22,123 nucleotides of DNA from Candidatus Bilamarchaeaceae archaeon. Lineage in GTDB: Archaea > Micrarchaeota > Micrarchaeia > Anstonellales > Bilamarchaeaceae. The position numbers and the translations under genes were made by a program. Location: assembly GCA_038851325.1 (NCBI GenBank), contig JAWCKZ010000011.1, positions 1-22,123 on the forward strand. The letters are read 5' to 3'. Of this stretch, positions 17,390-22,123 are shown in pieces. Under the pieces are notes generated by a model that had not been told where the DNA came from, did no database searches, and saw only the letters and a program-made list of their open reading frames with translations. Positions within the stretch are counted from its first letter, which is position 1, and each line of letters opens with the position of its first letter.

Positions 17390-18199
17390 CTAAAGCAGAT
17401 TTGCAAGTTTCTTTATATCCTTATTTGCGACGTGAGTGTAGATTTGTGTCGTTTTCAAATCTTTATGCCCTAATAACTGGTGAATGTATCGAATATCAGC
17501 GCCAGATTCTAATAGATGGGTCGCAAAGCTGCGCCTTAGCATATGCGGTGTGATATTCTTCTTTATCCCAGCTCTCTTGGAAGCAGATTTGACAATTTGT
17601 TGAATTGTCCGCTTGTTGTATTTTCCCTCCCTTTGAGAAACAAAAATCAGGCCTTCTTCCTTGGTTCCATACATTTTCAGCATATCGATCAGTTTTTTAT
17701 GAAGGAATACAATCCTTTCTTTGTCACCCTTTGTTGTTTTTAGATGGATTATTTCTCTGTCAAAGTCGATGTCTTCCCATTTAAGATTTCTTACTTCATC
17801 CAGACGCAAGCCAGCATAATAGAGAAACATGATAACAAGCTTATGCTTCAGATTGTTTGTAGCTTCTATCATCTTGTTTATTTCTTCTTTGCTCAAAACT
17901 AAAGGCAGTTTCAGCGACTTTCTCGCGAGTGGAAGTTTCTCCTCAAATCTGGCATTTAGTACTTTTTCATGAAAAAACTTCAAAGCAAAATAAGCAGATC
18001 TCATTGTTGATTTGCTTTTGGTTGTGTAGGATAGCAGAAACTCTCTCGGAGTTTTGCCTGAAGACAGAAAATCTTTCACTATGGAAATATAGGACTTGCC
18101 TGTTTGATAGGAATATCTTCTGAGTTTTACTTCCTCGATTAGCTTGCCAATCAGTTTATACTTTTCTTCTGGAGAATAGATTTTACTATCATCTACCAT
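17390..18199 (-). CDS. Tyrosine recombinase (Xer/integron-integrase-like, without the IntI-specific insert)
   Basis: N-terminal LRRYSYQTGKSY (SAM-like domain), YYAGLRLDEV (R), TKGDKER (K), HMLR (HxxR), LLGH and TTQIYTHV (Y). The catalytic set appears intact. Confidence 0.93.
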   Translation of the reverse strand: MVDDSKIYSPEEKYKLIGKLIEEVKLRRYSYQTGKSYISIVKDFLSSGKTPREFLLSYTTKSKSTMRSAYFALKFFHEKVLNARFEEKLPLARKSLKLPLVLSKEEINKMIEATNNLKHKLVIMFLYYAGLRLDEVRNLKWEDIDFDREIIHLKTTKGDKERIVFLHKKLIDMLKMYGTKEEGLIFVSQREGKYNKRTIQQIVKSASKRAGIKKNITPHMLRRSFATHLLESGADIRYIHQLLGHKDLKTTQIYTHVANKDIKKLANLL

Positions 18200-18232
18200 A
18201 CAGTTTATTATGGAGACCGACTTTATAAAATC

Positions 18233-18307
18233 TCGCTTTTTATACCCATTTATAGTATATATTTATACTATAAAGCGAATATTTATCTCGCTTAATAGTT
18301 GTTAGGC
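18233..18307 (+). other. attI-like region: AT-rich palindrome followed by the GTTAGGC core site
   Basis: TTTATAGTATA-N4-TATACTATAAA (18249-18274), additional TCGCTT/AAGCGA inverted motifs, and a GTTRRRY core GTTAGGC at 18301-18307 upstream of the divergent recombinase. Confidence 0.6.
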
Positions 18308-19472
18308 GTAATTCAGAATTCGGCTGTTCCACGATCACCCGCCCCAACGGACGGCGCGTTTCAGAAAAATTATTAAAGAACAACAATTAATATGATTAAA
18401 TATGGCTAAACGTAGAAGATACAAAACTGATCCCATCACTGGAATAAGGTATGAAAAAGGAAGTTTGATGGATATAATGGGTGAGTCAGAGAAAGATTTA
18501 TGGAAAAAACCTAAGCTTTCTTATTCGCCTTATCCAAGATACAGCAGACGAAAAAGAAGACAAACTTATTATAGAGAGCCGGAGGTAAGTTTTAGTGACT
18601 TGCCGCCGTGGGCACAACTTCTAATTGGTCTTTTAATTGTTGGTGTACTTGCATGGATATTTATTTTTCAACCTTTTATTGAATGGGCTAAACAAAATAT
18701 TGTGACTATAATCCTCATTTCTGTGGTTATCATAGGTATATTGATAACTGGATTTATCTTTTATCTGAAATATAAAACAAGGAAAGAAGCAGAAAAACAA
18801 GCTTTTGAAGAAGAACAAAAAGCAAAAGGCCTGGTTAAATTTGTTGATAGATTTGGTAATGAGAAATGGGGGAAACCTAATGAAGTTGAAGTATGGGAAA
18901 AAGAAGATGAAGAAGCAAAAATCAAAGAATCCCTATTTAATCAAGTTGTTGAATCTATAAAAAAATTCCAACCTTCAAGAAAATATGGGAATGAATTTGG
19001 TTATCATACTGAACTTCAAGGTTGGTTAAAAAGTCATTTCCAAAATGCAATAGTTGAATTACAAACTGGTGCTTCAAGACCAGACATTGTAATTGATAAC
19101 ATAGCAATCGAAGTAAAAGGACCGACTGATAATCAAGCACTAAATACACTAACTACAAAATGTTTGAAATATTCTCATTACTATACGCATCTAATTATAG
19201 TATTATTTGAGCCAATTTTTTCCGAATCAAATTATAGTGAAATTGTAGAAGGAATAAAAAGACATTTTCCAAGTGTTGAAGTTATAAGAAAAGACTAAAT
19301 TTCTCGCGCCGTCCCGCCACCGCCGAATTCTGAACTCAAAATTACTTCGTAATTTTGCCACGCCCTGCGGGCTTTCACTTCGTTCAGGATGCCTAACAGC
19401 GATTAAGAGGGAAAATCCCGCGAATTTTCCCCAAATTTTCGCAAGCGAAAACTTCTCTTAATCGCATATGTT
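18301..19472 (+). mobile_element. Integron-like gene cassette 1
   Basis: Starts GTTAGGC and carries one ORF flanked by nested inverted repeats (18312-18324/19322-19334; 18349-18358/19305-19314). It then has the exact inverse core GCCTAAC (19391-19397) and a hairpin ending in GTT (19470-19472). Confidence 0.75.
18402..19298 (+). CDS. Membrane-anchored PD-(D/E)xK nuclease-like protein
   Basis: Basic N-terminus, two TM helices, a charged linker, and a C-terminal ELQGWL...SRPDIVIDNIAIEVKG motif. Confidence 0.8.
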   Translation: MAKRRRYKTDPITGIRYEKGSLMDIMGESEKDLWKKPKLSYSPYPRYSRRKRRQTYYREPEVSFSDLPPWAQLLIGLLIVGVLAWIFIFQPFIEWAKQNIVTIILISVVIIGILITGFIFYLKYKTRKEAEKQAFEEEQKAKGLVKFVDRFGNEKWGKPNEVEVWEKEDEEAKIKESLFNQVVESIKKFQPSRKYGNEFGYHTELQGWLKSHFQNAIVELQTGASRPDIVIDNIAIEVKGPTDNQALNTLTTKCLKYSHYYTHLIIVLFEPIFSESNYSEIVEGIKRHFPSVEVIRKD

Positions 19473-19476
19473 CATT
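19391..19476 (+). other. attC-like recombination site (branched hairpin)
   Basis: GCCTAACA-GCGATTAAGAG...CTCTTAATCGC-[ATA bulge]-TGTT, with internal sub-hairpins GGGAAAAT/ATTTTCCC and TTTTCGC/GCGAAAA. Confidence 0.75.
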
Positions 19477-19556
19477 TCAATTGAGTTTGAGTTTTAACTT
19501 GGGGGTCGCCGTCTGGTGGCTTCGCCACATATAGCCTCACTTCGTGAGAGATCTTG

Positions 19557-20446
19557 TTAGAAGTCGGTCAAACTTTTTGTATTAATTTTTCCTAAATCTT
19601 TATTTACTTCTTTAATAACATCCTTACAGGATAATAATTGAACAATATCTGCAACATAATCGTTTATATCATAATCTTCCCCAGACGATTTTATTATTAA
19701 TTCTGCTGGTGTTGGTCTTATCTGTAATAAATTTTTATCCACTTTTTTTACAACTTCTAAAATTTTTGAAACAGTTGTAGTCAATAATTTTTCATTCATG
19801 TTAATTTGAAGTCTTTTAATTTCAGATAACAATTCACCACTTCTCAATATTGTTGTGATGTAATTGTTGAGTTTCTTATTTTTCTTGAAATTTTGGTCTA
19901 GAACAGCTCTTTCACTTAAAGTAATTATTTGTCCTACCAAAGGTCATCATATAGCATTTTTTCTAATTGCTTCTTAAAGTAACTAATGTCATGTTTTTGT
20001 TTTCCAGCAAAGATGTTTTTTATTACCTCATTTCCATAAACTGCAACGATATTTATATTGATTCCATCAATGTTATATTTTATAATGAATGCTTTTTCCG
20101 TTGAATTATTATCACTTTCGACATATTCGATATTTGCTTCTTTAAGTGTTTTAAGTATGTCATCTTTACCTCTTATTAATCCATTGTAACAAATCCCCCA
20201 TTCCTCATCTTTTTGTTTAGTCGCAGGTTCCCCCTGAATATCAAATAACACGCCACCAATGAGAAATACATTTTTAATTCCGCTATTTTTTATACAATTT
20301 TTAAAATTTTGATTTCCAACTATTAATTTAGTAAATTTGTTGAATTTTTCCATCAATTCTATTCTACCCGCAGTGCATCCAGAATAAACTTTCATCTTTA
20401 ATTCACAAAGAGATAAATTTTCTTTATTCTTATTAATAAATTCCAA
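19557..20446 (-). pseudogene. 5'-truncated, frameshifted gene, possibly a restriction-endonuclease-like PD-(D/E)xK protein (cargo of broken cassette 2)
   Basis: ORFs 19934-20446 and 19557-19940 join if one base is added at TGG TAG GAC (giving DDLW-x-GQIITL). LEF...LCELK resembles an ExK motif. There is no credible start. Confidence 0.6.
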
Positions 20447-20626
20447 ATGCAGTAAGAAAGAAACAAAAAGCTAATAATAGCAAAACAAGTTCAAATCTAG
20501 AAAGCAAACTTACTAAGAAATAGACTCCACCTAATGCAAAAATCAAAAAACAATCCACAATCCTGCAGGTAGATCAAACTCAAGTTCTTTCTTTTCTTCT
20601 TCATTTGATTTAGAGTTTGAAGCCAT
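20433..20626 (-). pseudogene. Small two-TM membrane protein gene with a single-base frameshift
   Basis: SD AGGTGAT (20631-20637), then MASNSKSNEEEKKELEFDLPAGLWIVF*. One extra T in the T6 run (20545-20550) continues as LIFALGGVYFLVSLLSRFELVLLLLAFCFFLTAFGIY*. Confidence 0.65.
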
Positions 20627-20774
20627 TTAGATCACCTATCACTTTATCTCCGTTTAAAAATCCGAACTTTACTTAAACGATGTTATATTTTACGCAAATA
20701 TAGTTTAAAAAGAGTTGTGGTAGTTTTTGTGGCATAAAAACAGTAACTATTTTAAATGATTTTTGCCTTTTGAG

Positions 20775-21947
20775 TTAAATTCCATTTTTTGCTTCCAATA
20801 ATTTTGCTTCTAAAGCTTCATAACTCATCTCTTCGATTTCATCTAACCTTTCTAATTCAAACAATCCTGTTACCAAACCTAAAAACAATAAATGTTTTTC
20901 TCTCCCTTTAGTTTCAAACCATCTCTTTATTATCTCTTCAAGTTCTTTTGAAGCTCTAAAATGCGGATGAAGCGATTTCTCAATTGATTCTAGATAATGC
21001 CCCATTTTTACTTCCTCCCCTTTATGCATTTTTGCAGCAAGTTCGCCTGCTAAATTTCCACTTATTATTGCTGGAAGAATGCCCTCAATAAATGGTTTCA
21101 AGCTATGGTTTGCTGCATCACCTGCTAATAAAACATTTCCATGAATCCATTTGTTAGTTATGTCTCCAACAACTGCTTTCTTACTTCTTTCATTAACAAA
21201 TTTTGCATCTTTCAGCTGCTCTTTTACTTGTTTTATATTTAAAAATTCTTCAAAGTAATGCTCCAATTTTCTTTCAGGAAAAATGCCTCCAACACCAACA
21301 TTTGCTTCTGTTCGTGACTTAGGAAAGATATATGCATAGCCTGAAGGCGTAAAATCACCTATATAAATTTGTTCAAAATGCGGATTTTTTAGCTTAAGAT
21401 TTTTCATTTCCCATGAATGAACTTCAGAGATATGTCCTCTCTTTGGTTTGTACTCTCCTAAAAGTTTTAGAACAGTGGACTCAACACCGTCAGCTCCGAT
21501 AATAACTTTTGGTTCAATTTCGATAAGTTTTTCATTTCGTCTAATGATAGCTTTCTTAACCTCATCATTTTTTATATCAAAATCTATTAGCTCAGTATCA
21601 AGAAAAAGTTTTGCACCTTCTCTTATGGCTAAAGTGGATAGCCACTTATCAAATTTTTCTCTATCTACAGTGTAACCATCCCAGATCTCACCCTCTCTTT
21701 TTATTGATATATTTTCTGCTAAAAAAATCATACCATCAATTCGCCATCTAAGTTGCTCCTTTGGAATTTTAAACGGTAAATAAGGAAAGAGGTACTTTCC
21801 AATGCCCTCAGCGCATTTAACTGGAATTCCAACTTCTTTTTTCTTGTCGATGAAAATTGTTTTTGCCCCATTTATTGCAGCAGCCCTTGCAGCAGAACTT
21901 CCAGCAGGACCTGCTCCTATAACGAGAATGTCACATTTAATTGCCAT
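20775..21947 (-). CDS. Geranylgeranyl reductase family FAD-dependent oxidoreductase
   Basis: VIGAGPAG dinucleotide-binding motif, KCAEG, DREKFDKWL, IGADG, PSGYAYIFPK and LLAGDAA. Confidence 0.9.
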   Translation of the reverse strand: MAIKCDILVIGAGPAGSSAARAAAINGAKTIFIDKKKEVGIPVKCAEGIGKYLFPYLPFKIPKEQLRWRIDGMIFLAENISIKREGEIWDGYTVDREKFDKWLSTLAIREGAKLFLDTELIDFDIKNDEVKKAIIRRNEKLIEIEPKVIIGADGVESTVLKLLGEYKPKRGHISEVHSWEMKNLKLKNPHFEQIYIGDFTPSGYAYIFPKSRTEANVGVGGIFPERKLEHYFEEFLNIKQVKEQLKDAKFVNERSKKAVVGDITNKWIHGNVLLAGDAANHSLKPFIEGILPAIISGNLAGELAAKMHKGEEVKMGHYLESIEKSLHPHFRASKELEEIIKRWFETKGREKHLLFLGLVTGLFELERLDEIEEMSYEALEAKLLEAKNGI

Positions 21948-22123
21948 CCCATATTTTAAATATATTATTATTTTATAATTTATTTACTAAAATATATAAA
22001 CATACTGTGAATACTGTGAACATGAAAATATTCTCATTCAAAGAGAGGAAAAATAAGATTTCAACAAATTGCACAGAGAGATAATAAATTTTTCAATTCA
22101 GATAGCAATCCCTTCTTTTATAG

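Noticed and set aside
17390..18199. Gene symbol intI or xerA
   Set aside because: It lacks the IntI insert and its context is accessory rather than a dif-acting housekeeping locus; left unnamed.
20574..20583. TCAAACTCAA as an inverted partner of TTGAGTTTGA (19481-19490) closing cassette 2
   Set aside because: It lies inside the small TM gene's coding sequence with no inverse core or hairpin after it.
22002..22083. ATACTGTGA tandem duplication and short ORF MKIFSFKERKNK...
   Set aside because: Too short and at the window edge; cannot support a feature.
1..22123. tRNA, rRNA or IS transposase
   Set aside because: No cloverleaf, rRNA signature or transposase motif recognised by eye.

Overview
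Archaeal DNA, probably a DPANN lineage such as Micrarchaeota. This is inferred from TTTAWAAA TATA boxes with leaderless starts, GGTGA-type Shine-Dalgarno motifs, a geranylgeranyl-reductase-family gene and the style of the secreted proteins. There are three zones. (1) 1-4150 is a mosaic. It holds a partial acidic secreted protein, a COG1373-type AAA+ ATPase bracketed by a perfect 64-bp direct repeat, a triple zinc-ribbon protein, a promoter-linked array of four same-core stem-loops (candidate ncRNA), a small membrane protein and gene relics. (2) 4159-15452 is a tightly packed minus-strand operon of six paralogous polytopic membrane proteins with CedA/VirB6-like motifs, ending in a 1275-aa Cys-rich lipoprotein. 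Upstream of it lies a secreted beta-rich/transglutaminase-like protein (15512-17263). (3) About 17320-22123 is a visibly AT-richer island with an integron-like arrangement. A tyrosine recombinase lacking the IntI-specific insert is divergent from a GTTAGGC core site. A complete cassette carrying a membrane-anchored PD-(D/E)xK nuclease follows, closed by a branched attC-like hairpin. After it come a broken second cassette, a frameshifted small membrane gene and a GGR-family oxidoreductase. Family assignments come from motifs read by eye; no searches were run.
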